Positions 9,238 to 19,142 are shown, numbered from the stretch's first letter. The stretch is 64,000 nucleotides of DNA from Dehalococcoidia bacterium (GCA_965204865.1 OZ242027.1:2243986-2307985); one strand, 5' to 3'. Program-made: numbers and translations. Notes: a model not told the origin generated them from the sequence alone.

Positions 9238-9303
9238 TTCCCTCTCCCTACGGGGGAGGGTTAGAGCCTGCCCCCGCGAAAGCGGGGGGTGGGGGCGTCC
9301 CCT
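9238..9303 (-). repeat. composite REP-A copy carrying a nested GC hairpin
   Basis: CCCTCTCCCtacGGGGGAGGGTTAG + [agcctgCCCCCGCgaaaGCGGGGgg] + TGGGGGCGTCCCC; divergent spacer otsA/hydrolase. Confidence 0.8.
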
Positions 9304-9507
9304 CTCGCTCCTGCCTCACTCGATTCTGGCACACGGATGAAGAAAGGTCAAACCGGGTGGGCTGCGGGGACGTTTCAGGCGTGATACCATATCGCCAGAG
9401 GCGCCGATATGCCGCCATTTCAGTTGCTGCGTCCCCCGCATACACGGCCCGCGAGATGCTGGGCCTGCCGAAGCAGCAACAAAAGTCTTGCCGATAGAGG
9501 AGGCCCC

Positions 9508-10308
9508 ATGGCTCTGTTTGTTCGCCGAGACCTCACAGACAGCGTCCCAACTCCCGAAGGGAATATGCACTTCGTCAAGAAGGGCGCCGGCTATCCCGTG
9601 GTGCTGCTGCACCCGCTGGGAACGTCGGTCTGGACTTGGGAGTACGTCATGGACGCCATCGCCCAAGACTACACGGTCTACGCTTTCGATATGCTGGGGC
9701 ATGGCGATTCCGACAAGCCACAGCGCCACTTCAACCTCCCCGACTACGCCAAGGCCCTGGACGAAGCCTGCCAAGTCTTGAACATCCACCGGGCGCACGT
9801 CGTGGGCAACTCGGTGGGCGCCGTCCTGGCCACGGAAACGGCGGCCAGCTTCCCCGACCGGGTGGACAAGCTGACGCTGGTGGGCGCGCCGGTGTGGAAT
9901 GCCTTCACCGCCAAGGAACGGCTGGCCGACACCTTGGCCCAGTACGATGACGAAGGTCTGCCCAAGCCCCGAACTCTCCAGGACTTGAAGGACGCCACCA
10001 CCTTCGCCGAGCCGACCGAAGAGTGGCTGGACAAGAACAACAACAGCCGCGCCAAGGCCGGCCCTTGGGTGCGCAACCTGATGGAGTCCCTGGCGTACTA
10101 CGACATCATGTCTCGCCTGCCGCTCATCAAGGCGTCGTCAACCATGGTGCTCTACGGCGAGATTGACCGCCTGCGCGACGGCGAGGAGTTGCTGCACAAC
10201 AACATCGTCAACGCCCGCAAGGTCATCCTGACCGGCATCGGCCATATCCCGCAGGTGGAAGACCCAGAGGGCTTCCTGGGCGCACTGCTACCCTTCCTGG
10301 CGGAGTAG
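9508..10308 (+). CDS. alpha/beta-fold hydrolase
   Basis: GAGGAGG SD 5 nt before ATG 9508; HPLGTS oxyanion region, nucleophile elbow GNSVGA, C-terminal GHIPQVE. Confidence 0.85.
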   Translation: MALFVRRDLTDSVPTPEGNMHFVKKGAGYPVVLLHPLGTSVWTWEYVMDAIAQDYTVYAFDMLGHGDSDKPQRHFNLPDYAKALDEACQVLNIHRAHVVGNSVGAVLATETAASFPDRVDKLTLVGAPVWNAFTAKERLADTLAQYDDEGLPKPRTLQDLKDATTFAEPTEEWLDKNNNSRAKAGPWVRNLMESLAYYDIMSRLPLIKASSTMVLYGEIDRLRDGEELLHNNIVNARKVILTGIGHIPQVEDPEGFLGALLPFLAE

Positions 10309-10314
10309 GTCAAG

Positions 10315-11247
10315 ATGACTTCAGCCGGACGGCATCCGTTGCGCTTGATGGAGACCTGGCGCTCCATCTTCTACACGCCCATCTACGTCTCGGTGGCGGG
10401 CGGGTTCCTGGAGCGGGAAGGACTGGACGTGGAGTTCAGCACCTGTCCGCCCCAGTTCCCTCATCCGCTGAGCGCCCTGCATCACGACGCCGCCGACATC
10501 GTGCAGAGCGGAATCATGCGCTCCATCATCGCCTCCGACTGGGGCGCGGAAACCGTGCCGCTGCACTTCGCCAAGATAAACTCGCGCGACGGCTTCTTCA
10601 TCCTGGGGCGGCAACCCCAGGTTCCCTTCGACTGGGAATCCCTGCGCGGGGCGAGGGTGATACCTGTTGGGTTTTCACCTATGCCCTGGGCGTCCTTCCA
10701 ATACGCCCTGCGCCGTCATGGTCTCGAACCCTCAGACCTGGACCTGCGGGCCGGGCTTTCGCTGGACGACGCCGTGGCCGCCTTCCGCGACGGTCAGGCC
10801 GAGTACGTCCACGTGGCTGAGCCCGTGGTGCAGCAGTTGATTGCCGACGGCGCCGGTCACCTGCTGACCGCCCTGGGGCCCGAGAACGGCCACCTGGCAT
10901 ACAGCTCCTTCGCCGCCACTCACCGCTACCTGTCAGAGCGGGAGGACACGGCAGGCCGGTTCACCCTGGGCTTCGCCCGGGCCCTTCATTGGCTATCCTC
11001 GGCTGAACCGGGCGAGGTTGCTGAAACCGTATCGGACTTCTTCCCCGGAGCTTCGCAGGAGGTATTGGCTGCCTCCATCGCCAGGTACCAGGAACAGGAA
11101 CAATGGCCGGTTAATCCCGTCTTGGGACGGCCGGAGTACGACAACCTGCACGACATACTGCTGGCAGCCGGAATGTGCCGCGAGCGGCAGCCCTATGAGA
11201 AAGTCGTGCGCACCGACATCGCAGAGGCTGCCGTGGCCGCGCTCTAG
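10315..11247 (+). CDS. NMT1/THI5-like (ABC substrate-binding-like) protein, no obvious signal peptide
   Basis: 310 aa; periplasmic-binding-protein-like pattern IFYTPIYVSVAGGFLEREGLDV..; function uncertain. Confidence 0.6.
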   Translation: MTSAGRHPLRLMETWRSIFYTPIYVSVAGGFLEREGLDVEFSTCPPQFPHPLSALHHDAADIVQSGIMRSIIASDWGAETVPLHFAKINSRDGFFILGRQPQVPFDWESLRGARVIPVGFSPMPWASFQYALRRHGLEPSDLDLRAGLSLDDAVAAFRDGQAEYVHVAEPVVQQLIADGAGHLLTALGPENGHLAYSSFAATHRYLSEREDTAGRFTLGFARALHWLSSAEPGEVAETVSDFFPGASQEVLAASIARYQEQEQWPVNPVLGRPEYDNLHDILLAAGMCRERQPYEKVVRTDIAEAAVAAL

Positions 11248-11382
11248 GCCGTTCCCGAATCCGATCGGCGCTCATCGGGGTGTTGCTGACGCCGGTATGT
11301 TGTAGAATGTCTCTTTAACGGAGAACGGATGCACCCCACCTGGTAGGGGCGGACCTTTAGGCAAGTTCAGGAGGAGGCCGTT

Positions 11383-12429
11383 ATGGCCAAGATAGGGATT
11401 ATCGGCACCGGCCTGATTGGAACCTCTTTGGGCCTGGCGCTCCGCCAGTCGGACTTGCGCAACCTGGAACTGGTGGGAACTGACTACGAAAGCAGCGCCC
11501 GCAGCGGAGCGCAGAAGCGGGGCGCGTTCCACAAGGTTGAAGGACGCATCCAGCCGGTGATCGAAGGGGCCGACGTGGTGGTGCTGGCTACGCCGGTCAT
11601 GGCCATGCGGGAATTGATGGAAGCCATTGGCCCGATGCTGCAAGAGGACGCGGTGGTGACCGACGTGGGCAGTTCCAAGCAGGTGGTCGCTGGGTGGGCC
11701 GCGGAGTTTCTGCCCAAGACGGCGCAGTACGTCGGCGGGCACCCGATGGCGGGCCGGGAAACCGCCGGCCCGGAACACGCCTCCGCCGACCTGTTCGCTG
11801 GCAAGGCCTATTGCGTCGTCCCCAACCCCGACACCAAGGAACAGGCGGTGTCCGCGGTTACGACAATGGCCGAAGCCGTGGGCGCAAAACCATTCTTCAT
11901 CAGCGCCGGGGAACACGACAGCTTCGTCGCCGCCGTCAGCCACCTGCCCTTCATGATGTCGGTGGCGCTGATGCAGACCGTTTCCAAGAGCGCCAACTGG
12001 GACGACATCGCGCAACTGGCCTCGTCGGGCTTTCGCGACCTGTCCAGGCTCGCTTCTGGCGACGCCATAATGCACCGCGACATTTCCCTCACCAACCGCG
12101 AACCCATCGTTAGCTGGATTGACTCCTACATCCGCGAACTGTACGAGATACGCAATCTGCTTAACGAGGAATCAGGCCCCGACCCCGAAGCCCTGGAACA
12201 GTTGTTTGAGAACGCCTCCGTGGAGCGGGCGCGCTGGCTGGCTGGCGCCATTACGCCGGGGGGCCGGGTGGAGCGCAACACGCCGGAAATCCCCAGCTTC
12301 GGCGAGGCCATGGGCGAGATGCTGATGGGGCGTAAGCTACTCGAAGCCCAGCGCCGCTTTTTCCGTGGCGGCAGAGACAGTGACGACGCCCGTACTGATA
12401 AAGAACGGGGCGGGCGCGGACGGGCTTAG
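11383..12429 (+). CDS. tyrA: prephenate dehydrogenase
   Basis: Rossmann IGIIGTGLIG, YVGGHPMAGRE motif; GGAGGAGG SD. Confidence 0.9.
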   Translation: MAKIGIIGTGLIGTSLGLALRQSDLRNLELVGTDYESSARSGAQKRGAFHKVEGRIQPVIEGADVVVLATPVMAMRELMEAIGPMLQEDAVVTDVGSSKQVVAGWAAEFLPKTAQYVGGHPMAGRETAGPEHASADLFAGKAYCVVPNPDTKEQAVSAVTTMAEAVGAKPFFISAGEHDSFVAAVSHLPFMMSVALMQTVSKSANWDDIAQLASSGFRDLSRLASGDAIMHRDISLTNREPIVSWIDSYIRELYEIRNLLNEESGPDPEALEQLFENASVERARWLAGAITPGGRVERNTPEIPSFGEAMGEMLMGRKLLEAQRRFFRGGRDSDDARTDKERGGRGRA

Positions 12430-12432
12430 ATT

Positions 12433-13770
12433 ATGACGGCACACTCGGCGGTTCGCACCATCACCAGCCCGGCCAAGCTCGGAGGCGAGTTGGCAGTGCC
12501 GGGCGACAAATCCATCTCGCACCGCTCCCTCATCCTCAACGCCATGGCCCACGGCACGGCCCGCGTTACCGGGCTCTCCAACGGCGAGGATGTTATGTCC
12601 ACCATGGCCTGTCTGCGTGGCATGGGGGTCGAAATCACCCAGGGGGACAACCCCGGCGAGTATACCGTGATTGGCCGGGGGCCGACGCTGGAAGAGCCGT
12701 CGGACATTCTCGACGCGGGCAACAGCGGCACTTCCATGCGCTTGCTCTCCGGGCTTATGGCGGCGCAGCCCTTCCTGTCGGTACTGACCGGCGACGCCTC
12801 GCTGCGCTCCCGCCCCATGCGCCGCATCGTTGAGCCGTTGCAACGTATGGGCGCCCAGGTCACGGGCCGACAGGAAGGCTCCCTGGCCCCGCTGGTCATC
12901 CGCGGCGGTTCCCTGCGAGGCATCGAATATGACCTGCCCGTTGCCAGCGCCCAGGTCAAGTCCTGCATCCTCCTCGCCGGACTGTCCGCCGACGGCGACA
13001 CCGTGATTCACCAGCCTGCCCTGTCCCGGGACCACACCGAGCGCATGGTCACCGCCATGGGCGCGACCGTTCAGGAAGACGGGCTAGACCTGTCGTTGCG
13101 CCCCGGCCTCCTGCGGGCGGTGGACATCTCCGTGCCTGGCGACATCAGCTCGGCGGCCTTCTGGATTGTGGCCGGCCTGTGCCATCCCGATTCGCGGGTC
13201 CTGGTGCGCGGCGTCGGCCTGAACCCCAGCCGCACCGGCATCATTGATGCGCTGCTCGCCATGGGCGCCGGGGACAGCCTGCTCCTGGTGAACCAACGCA
13301 CCGAGGGCGGGGAGCCGGTGGCCGACCTGCTGGTCACGCCGGGGCAACTGCGCGGCGCCGAAATCGGCGGCGATATGATTCCTCGCATTCTGGACGAAGT
13401 GCCAATTCTGGCGGTGGCCGCCTGCTTCGCCGAGGGGGAAACGGTCATCCGCGACGCCTCCGAGCTGCGGGTCAAGGAATCCGACCGCATCGCCACCACC
13501 GTCGGGGAGCTGTCGCGCTTGGGGGCCAGCATCGAGGCCCGCGAGGACGGCATGGTCATACGCGGGACCGGAAGGCTGACCGGCGCGGCCTGCCAGTCCC
13601 ACGGCGATCACCGCCTGGCCATGGCTATGGCCGTCTGCGGATTGCTAGCCGACGGCGAGACGGAGGTGCATGGCGCGGCCGACGCTTCTGTATCCTACCC
13701 CGGCTTCTGGGAACACCTGGACACGCTTGCAAACGCCTCCAGCTTCCCTCTCCCTCCGGGGGAGGGTTAG
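12433..13770 (+). CDS. aroA: 3-phosphoshikimate 1-carboxyvinyltransferase (EPSP synthase)
   Basis: LPGDKSISHRSLIL, DAGNSGTSMRLL, KESDRI motifs; last residues SFPLPPGEG* are translated REP-A. Confidence 0.92.
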   Translation: MTAHSAVRTITSPAKLGGELAVPGDKSISHRSLILNAMAHGTARVTGLSNGEDVMSTMACLRGMGVEITQGDNPGEYTVIGRGPTLEEPSDILDAGNSGTSMRLLSGLMAAQPFLSVLTGDASLRSRPMRRIVEPLQRMGAQVTGRQEGSLAPLVIRGGSLRGIEYDLPVASAQVKSCILLAGLSADGDTVIHQPALSRDHTERMVTAMGATVQEDGLDLSLRPGLLRAVDISVPGDISSAAFWIVAGLCHPDSRVLVRGVGLNPSRTGIIDALLAMGAGDSLLLVNQRTEGGEPVADLLVTPGQLRGAEIGGDMIPRILDEVPILAVAACFAEGETVIRDASELRVKESDRIATTVGELSRLGASIEAREDGMVIRGTGRLTGAACQSHGDHRLAMAMAVCGLLADGETEVHGAADASVSYPGFWEHLDTLANASSFPLPPGEG

Positions 13771-13784
13771 GTGGGGGCGTCCCC
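13744..13784 (-). repeat. REP-A copy
   Basis: ttCCCTCTCCCtccGGGGGAGGGTTAGGTGGGGGCGTCCCC; spans aroA stop (TAG 13768-70) and annotated gmk GTG. Confidence 0.85.
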
Positions 13785-14415
13785 TTTGACGTCCCGTATA
13801 CCCGAAGCCAGCCCACCGCCGCCCCTGCTGGTGGTGCTGTCCGGGCCTTCGGGCGCAGGCAAGGACGCGGTGCTGGCGGAACTGCGGAAGCTGGACCGCC
13901 CCTGGCACTTCGCCGTAACCGCCACCACCCGCCCCATGCGCCCCGGCGAACGCGACGGCGCAGACTACATCTTCCTCGACCCGGACACCTTCGCCCGGAT
14001 GCGGGAGCGCGACGAGTTCATAGAGTGCGCCGAGGTCTACGGACGTTGGTACGGCGTGCCGCGCAGCCAGGCCCGCGACGCCCTGCGCTGCGGCAAGGAC
14101 GTTATCCTAAAGATAGACGTTCAGGGCGCAGCCACCATCCGCCGCATGGCACCGGAAGCGTTGCTCATATTCCTGATACCGCCGTCGGTGGCCGACCTGC
14201 GGCAACGGTTGCAGGGCCGTATGACCGAGTCCGCAGAAGACTTGGAACGCCGTCTTGGGACAGCGGCGGAAGAACTGTCTCGGCTTCACGAATACGACTA
14301 TCGCGTGGTCAACGAAAACGGAAACGGTGGCCTGGCGCAGGCCGCAGCCGACATAGACGCCATCATCGCCGCCGAGAAGTGCCGCGTAACACCCCGACTG
14401 GTGCAGTTGTTATAA
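13771..14415 (+). CDS. gmk: guanylate kinase
   Basis: P-loop LSGPSGAGKD, TTRPMRPGERDGADYIF; start uncertain (GTG 13771 lies in REP-A; TTG 13786 alternative). Confidence 0.85.
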   Translation: MGASPLTSRIPEASPPPPLLVVLSGPSGAGKDAVLAELRKLDRPWHFAVTATTRPMRPGERDGADYIFLDPDTFARMRERDEFIECAEVYGRWYGVPRSQARDALRCGKDVILKIDVQGAATIRRMAPEALLIFLIPPSVADLRQRLQGRMTESAEDLERRLGTAAEELSRLHEYDYRVVNENGNGGLAQAAADIDAIIAAEKCRVTPRLVQLL

Positions 14416-14442
14416 TAGACAGGACTTACGCAGTTAAACAAA

Positions 14443-14482
14443 AATCCCCTCCCCCTTGAGGGGGAGGGCTAGGGTGGGGGTG
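14443..14482 (-). repeat. REP-A copy
   Basis: aatCCCCTCCCCCttgaGGGGGAGGGCTAGGGTGGGGGtg; spacer gmk/lipA. Confidence 0.85.
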
Positions 14483-14546
14483 AAATCCCTCGCACCAGAC
14501 GCCGTATCCAACTGTGTAAGTCTTATCCTGTATATCCTGTCCATCC

Positions 14547-15494
14547 ATGTCAGTCAAGCCATCACCGGATTCCGAGGACTCAATGACCCAACCGAACAAA
14601 ACCGTCGAACTACGGCCCCGGCTTCCCGAATGGCTGAAGGTGCAGATGCCCGGCAGCCCCCGCTATATGCAGCTCAAGGAACTGATGCGCAGTCAGGAGT
14701 TGCATACCGTCTGCGAGGAAGCCCACTGCCCCAACATCGGCGAGTGCTGGGGGCGCGGCACCGCCACCTTCATGATTCTGGGCGACATCTGCACCCGCCG
14801 TTGCCACTACTGCGCCGTCACCACCGGCCGCCCCTTCGCCGTAGACTTGCAGGAACCCAGGCGGCTGGCCGAAACGGTACAGGCAATGAACCTGCGCTAT
14901 TGTGTGATAACGTCAGTCAACCGCGACGACCTGCCCGACGGCGGCGCGCACATCTTCGCCGCCTGCATCAACCGGATCCGCGACGTGCTGCCCGAGTGCC
15001 GCGTCGAGGTGCTGATTCCGGACTTCGCCGGCAACTGGGGAGCCCTGGGCAAGGTCATCGAGGCCGGTCCTGCGGTGCTGAACCACAACATCGAGTCCAC
15101 CGTCCGGGTCTTCCCGCGGGTGCGGCCCAAGGGCAACTACAACCTGTCGCTGGAGCTGCTGGCCAAAGCCAAGGAGATTGACCCGGCCACAGTCACCAAG
15201 TCCGGCATCATCGTCGGCATGGGCGAAACCACGGACGAAGTGCTGGAAACCATGCGCGACCTGCGTGGCGTGGACTGCGACCTGCTCACCATCGGCCAGT
15301 ACCTGCGACCGTCGGCCAAGCACATTGCCATCGACCGCTTCTACACCCCGGCGGAGTTCGAGGAGCTGCGGGCAGCGGGCCTGGAGATGGGCTTCAAGCA
15401 CGTGGCGTCCGGCCCGCTGGTGCGAAGCTCCTACCACGCCGACGAGCAGCACGACGCCGCGTTTGTGCCGCTGCCTCTCGGCACGAAGACATAG
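14547..15494 (+). CDS. lipA: lipoyl synthase
   Basis: CEEAHCPNIGEC and radical-SAM CTRRCHYC motifs; alternative start ATG 14583. Confidence 0.92.
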   Translation: MSVKPSPDSEDSMTQPNKTVELRPRLPEWLKVQMPGSPRYMQLKELMRSQELHTVCEEAHCPNIGECWGRGTATFMILGDICTRRCHYCAVTTGRPFAVDLQEPRRLAETVQAMNLRYCVITSVNRDDLPDGGAHIFAACINRIRDVLPECRVEVLIPDFAGNWGALGKVIEAGPAVLNHNIESTVRVFPRVRPKGNYNLSLELLAKAKEIDPATVTKSGIIVGMGETTDEVLETMRDLRGVDCDLLTIGQYLRPSAKHIAIDRFYTPAEFEELRAAGLEMGFKHVASGPLVRSSYHADEQHDAAFVPLPLGTKT

Positions 15495-15495
15495 G

Positions 15496-15789
15496 GTGTC
15501 ACCGGAATCGGAAATCGAGCTAAGACGGGAATATGCTAGGCGCGTCATCGCAAACCCCACAGGCCATGGCAGCGACCTGCATCTCCGACATCCAGAAGTG
15601 CGACGGGAATGGATAGAAAGAACCATGGTTGAGTCGTACCGTGTCGAAGTTCAGGCGGATGGAAGAATCCGTTATTGGGGATATGTCCCTGAAGTGCGAA
15701 ACTGGTTGCGCGTAATAGTAGAGAATGACCAACTTCATACTGCAACACTAGACGGAAGCAAGCGGAGAGAGTGGGGGACACCGACGTAA
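15496..15789 (+). CDS. DUF4258-like small protein (putative toxin of a TA-like pair)
   Basis: GTG 15496 in frame right after lipA stop; ..DGRIRYWGYVPEVRNWLRVIVENDQLHTA..; stop overlaps next ATG (TAATG); about 47% G+C on a sampled line. Confidence 0.5.
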   Translation: MSPESEIELRREYARRVIANPTGHGSDLHLRHPEVRREWIERTMVESYRVEVQADGRIRYWGYVPEVRNWLRVIVENDQLHTATLDGSKRREWGTPT

Positions 15790-15998
15790 TGGAAAAAGCT
15801 AAAGACCCAAAGCTATTGATACGTTACTATGATGACACGGATACACTGGTGCTGTGGAACGGGACACCGGCAAAAGAGGGCCGGATTGTAGCTGAGCATC
15901 TAACCTCTGAATCAAATTCCGAAGGCGAGGTAACCGGTATCGTGCTGGAACACGCCGCAGAGTTGCTTCGTCCTTATTTGTTCCCGGATGGACGTTAG
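15789..15998 (+). CDS. DUF2283-like small protein (putative antitoxin partner)
   Basis: MEKAKDPKLLIRYYDDTDTLVLW...GEVTGIVLEHA pattern of DUF2283; TAATG overlap with upstream ORF. Confidence 0.6.
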   Translation: MEKAKDPKLLIRYYDDTDTLVLWNGTPAKEGRIVAEHLTSESNSEGEVTGIVLEHAAELLRPYLFPDGR

Positions 15999-17538
15999 CT
16001 TAGTTCTAGTCAACGCCAACGTTCTGTCCATGCAGCGCGACCGCCCTAAAGCCGAAGCTGTGGCGGTAGCTGACGACCGTATCGTAGCCGTCGGAAGCAA
16101 CTCCGATATTATCGGCCTATCCTCAGTTCACACCCAAATCGTTGATTGCCACGGCCTGACGCTGCTGCCGGGATTCAATGACGCCCATTGCCACCTCCCC
16201 GGGCTGGCCCGGCGGCTACAGGACCTCGATTGCAGCCCGCACCGTGCGCCGTCCATACCGGCGTTGCAGGCATTGGTGCAGCAATGGGCCTCATCCCGCC
16301 CGGTGGGAAGTTGGGTGCGCGGCCACGGCTACGACGACCTGCGAATGGCCGACCGACGTCACCCCAACCGCTGGGACCTGGACGCTGCCGTACCAGAAAA
16401 TCCGGTATGGCTGGAGCATCGCAGCGGCCACGCCTCCGCCCTCAACAGTCGGTCACTGGAATTGGCGGGCATCCACCGCGAAACTCCCGATCCTCCGGGC
16501 GGCGTGATTGAGCGAGATCTTGCCACTGGAGAGCCAACTGGGACGCTGTTCGAGATGCGTTCCTTCCTGCGCCATCGCTTGGGCAACACGCGCAGTCCGC
16601 AGGAGTTTGAAGATGGTATGCGGGCCGCCGGGCAACTGCTGAACAGCTACGGCATAACCTCGGTGCAGGATGCGGGCGCAGACAACGGCTTGGAGCGATG
16701 GCGTTCCTTTCGGCAGTTGCAGTCCAATGGCATACTGTCATGCCGCATCACCATGTTCGCCGGAGCCGAGCGGCTGGACGAACTTACCAAGGAGGGACTG
16801 ACTTTCGGCTCAGGCAGCCGCTGGCTGCGATTGGGACAGGCCAAGATAATGCTTACCGTGACGTCGGGCACGCTTTCTACCTCGATCCGGGAATTAGCGA
16901 CGTTGGTGGCCGGCGCTCATCGCCGGGGCTTTCCCGTGGCCATTCACTGCATCGAAGAAGAGGCCATCGCAGCCACCACGGAAGTCCTAGCCGCAAACCA
17001 ACAAGCAACGCTCACCGACCGCATCGAGCACTGCGCCGAAGGCACGCCGCGCCTCGTTGACGCGGTTAGGACGTGCGGGGCCGCAGTAGTCACCAACCCC
17101 GGCTTCATATATCACAACGGCGCGTCATACCGCGAAAACGTCGAGGCTTGCCTGCTGCCGCACTTATACCCGGCGGGCGCGTTGCATCGTGCCGGAGTTG
17201 CGGTTGCTTTCGGCTCCGACGCTCCGGTGATAGACCCCAACCCCTGGCCTGCCATTTACAGCGCCGTTACCCGCTGCGACAGAGATGGCAGGGCGGTATC
17301 CGGCAACGCCTCTGATACGTCGCAAATGGTGGACGTGGAAACGGCCCTGCGGATGTACACCACAGCCGGAGCCATCGCGGAGGGCCGGGTAGCGGCAAAG
17401 GGAACCATCGCGCCCGGCAAGCTGGCCGATATGGTGCTGTTGAACGCCGACCCGCTGACAACTGAGCCAGAGAACCTAGCGGGGCTGGAAGCGGTGATGA
17501 CCGTAATCGGCGGCAGGGTAGTCTGGAGCAACATTTAG
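15988..17538 (+). CDS. metal-dependent amidohydrolase (amidohydrolase-3 / YtcJ-like)
   Basis: 516 aa; FNDAHCHLPG (HxH), IHCIEE, IEHC, GSDAPV motifs. Confidence 0.85.
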   Translation: MDVSLVLVNANVLSMQRDRPKAEAVAVADDRIVAVGSNSDIIGLSSVHTQIVDCHGLTLLPGFNDAHCHLPGLARRLQDLDCSPHRAPSIPALQALVQQWASSRPVGSWVRGHGYDDLRMADRRHPNRWDLDAAVPENPVWLEHRSGHASALNSRSLELAGIHRETPDPPGGVIERDLATGEPTGTLFEMRSFLRHRLGNTRSPQEFEDGMRAAGQLLNSYGITSVQDAGADNGLERWRSFRQLQSNGILSCRITMFAGAERLDELTKEGLTFGSGSRWLRLGQAKIMLTVTSGTLSTSIRELATLVAGAHRRGFPVAIHCIEEEAIAATTEVLAANQQATLTDRIEHCAEGTPRLVDAVRTCGAAVVTNPGFIYHNGASYRENVEACLLPHLYPAGALHRAGVAVAFGSDAPVIDPNPWPAIYSAVTRCDRDGRAVSGNASDTSQMVDVETALRMYTTAGAIAEGRVAAKGTIAPGKLADMVLLNADPLTTEPENLAGLEAVMTVIGGRVVWSNI

Positions 17539-17561
17539 GGGCGGGTCTGTAAACCCGCCCC
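17538..17561. terminator. GC-rich hairpin between convergent genes
   Basis: GGGGCGGGT ctgtaa ACCCGCCCC; weak U-tracts on both strands. Confidence 0.35.
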
Positions 17562-17589
17562 AAAGCGTTCTGCCGAATTCGCCGCCTTC

Positions 17590-19029
17590 CTAGTCCGCAG
17601 CCAACTGCGTCAGTCGGGAGTATTCGGGAGTGTTGGTGTCGGCCTGCTCCCAGGTTTCCTTGACCTGAGCGGCGTTCTTATTGGCGTCGGCTTGATTCCC
17701 CTGCCCCGCCTGGGCGCGGGCCAGCCAGTACATCTCCCGGGGAGACTCGCGGCGGGCCAGCCGTTCCTTCAGCATATCGGTGGCCTTGTCGAACTCCTCG
17801 GCCCTAAGGTAAGCCTCCAGCAGCGTGTCCTCGAACACCAGCCGTTGAGCATGGCTTCCGCCCACGCGGGTCAGTTGCGGGTACACCGGCTCCATCAGCC
17901 GCACTGCTTCGGCATAGTCGCCCTGCCCGAAGGCCCCGATGCCCTTGATTAGCGGCAGCGTGGCTTCCCGGGCGGTGGCATCGCCGGCGTCGGCCATCGC
18001 CTGCAAGCCGTCCACTAACTTGCCGAACATCTCGTCGTCTCCGGCGGCGGTGAAGGCCAGGGCGGCGTGGGCGTCGCGGAACGACGGCCCCGGCCGCGCG
18101 GCGGCGGGAGCGGCAAGCTGCACCAGTTCGTCCCAGGGCGCTTGGGGTGAAACGTCTCCGTAAATCTTCATCCGCCACACCAGAGAGGCGCTATCGGCCA
18201 GAGCCGCGTACTTGAGCTCCTGCACCGACGGACGAATATCCCTATCGTACCAGCCCAGGGCCTGGTTGTAGCGGCCCATGGCCAGCTCGAACAGCGCCTG
18301 GTGCCAGGACAGATGCACCCGGTAAGTGGAGCGGCGGTCGTAATCTTCCAGCCAGCCACTCAGGAACGCTCCGCCCTCGTCGTCCTGGCTCATCTCGTAG
18401 TACACGTGGGCCACGGAGTGAGCGGCCACGCCGTTGGACGGGTTGAGGTCCAGCGAGCGCTGGGCCAGGTCCATACCCTCGTCCATTTTGCCCACTTCGT
18501 GATTGGCCCAAGCGTACTGCCCCATGAAGGCCCAGTCTTCTCCGTAGTGGGGAGCAGCCTCGCTCATCAGCCGGTAGAACCGGGGCGGATAGTCCGGCGC
18601 CCCGATGCCGACACAGCCCTGGGTATAGAGTCGCTGGGCCAGGCGCATGAGCAGCGCATCGACAGGAAACTCTCCGAGGTGCTCATGCACGGCGGCGGTA
18701 GCGTCGTGGTTCTGTCCATTGACAAATTTGGACACCACGTCGATGTAGCTGCGTTCTCGGCGGCTCAGTCCTGAGGACAGCTTGACGGCTGTCTCGGCGT
18801 TGGCTTTCGCCTCCGGCACGTTGATTCTCAGAAAATCCAGGAACGCCTTACCGGCATAGGCCAGCGCGAACCCCTCGTCGGCTTCCATGGCGCGGGCGAA
18901 GGCATCCTCGGCCCCGAAGTTCTGGGATAGGGCCAAGTCCAGCCCCTCGGCGTAGTGGGCGAGGGCCGTCTGGGAGTTGGTAGTAAGAGGGAGTCCGTAG
19001 CGATCTGTATGGTTGGCTTCAGTAGTCAT
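17590..19029 (-). CDS. tetratricopeptide-repeat protein (TTC38-like)
   Basis: ATG 19029 with AGGAGG SD; helical repeat composition throughout. Confidence 0.7.
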   Translation of the reverse strand: MTTEANHTDRYGLPLTTNSQTALAHYAEGLDLALSQNFGAEDAFARAMEADEGFALAYAGKAFLDFLRINVPEAKANAETAVKLSSGLSRRERSYIDVVSKFVNGQNHDATAAVHEHLGEFPVDALLMRLAQRLYTQGCVGIGAPDYPPRFYRLMSEAAPHYGEDWAFMGQYAWANHEVGKMDEGMDLAQRSLDLNPSNGVAAHSVAHVYYEMSQDDEGGAFLSGWLEDYDRRSTYRVHLSWHQALFELAMGRYNQALGWYDRDIRPSVQELKYAALADSASLVWRMKIYGDVSPQAPWDELVQLAAPAAARPGPSFRDAHAALAFTAAGDDEMFGKLVDGLQAMADAGDATAREATLPLIKGIGAFGQGDYAEAVRLMEPVYPQLTRVGGSHAQRLVFEDTLLEAYLRAEEFDKATDMLKERLARRESPREMYWLARAQAGQGNQADANKNAAQVKETWEQADTNTPEYSRLTQLAAD

Positions 19030-19142
19030 GGCAACCCTCCTGTTAACTGATTGTGCCACGATAGACGGTGCTAGGCAAGGATAAGGCAGCTTGCACTACA
19101 AGCGCATTTCCTGCGAAGCGCCGTCGGTCGAAGCCCCGTCGG

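Noticed and set aside
14421-14436. Shared flank aggaCttacgcagtt (14421) / aggaGttacgcagtt (57121) next to two REP-A copies
   Set aside because: The REP-A copies are in opposite orientation relative to this flank. A 15-mer with one mismatch is within chance expectation for 64 kb on two strands, so it is not treated as part of the element.
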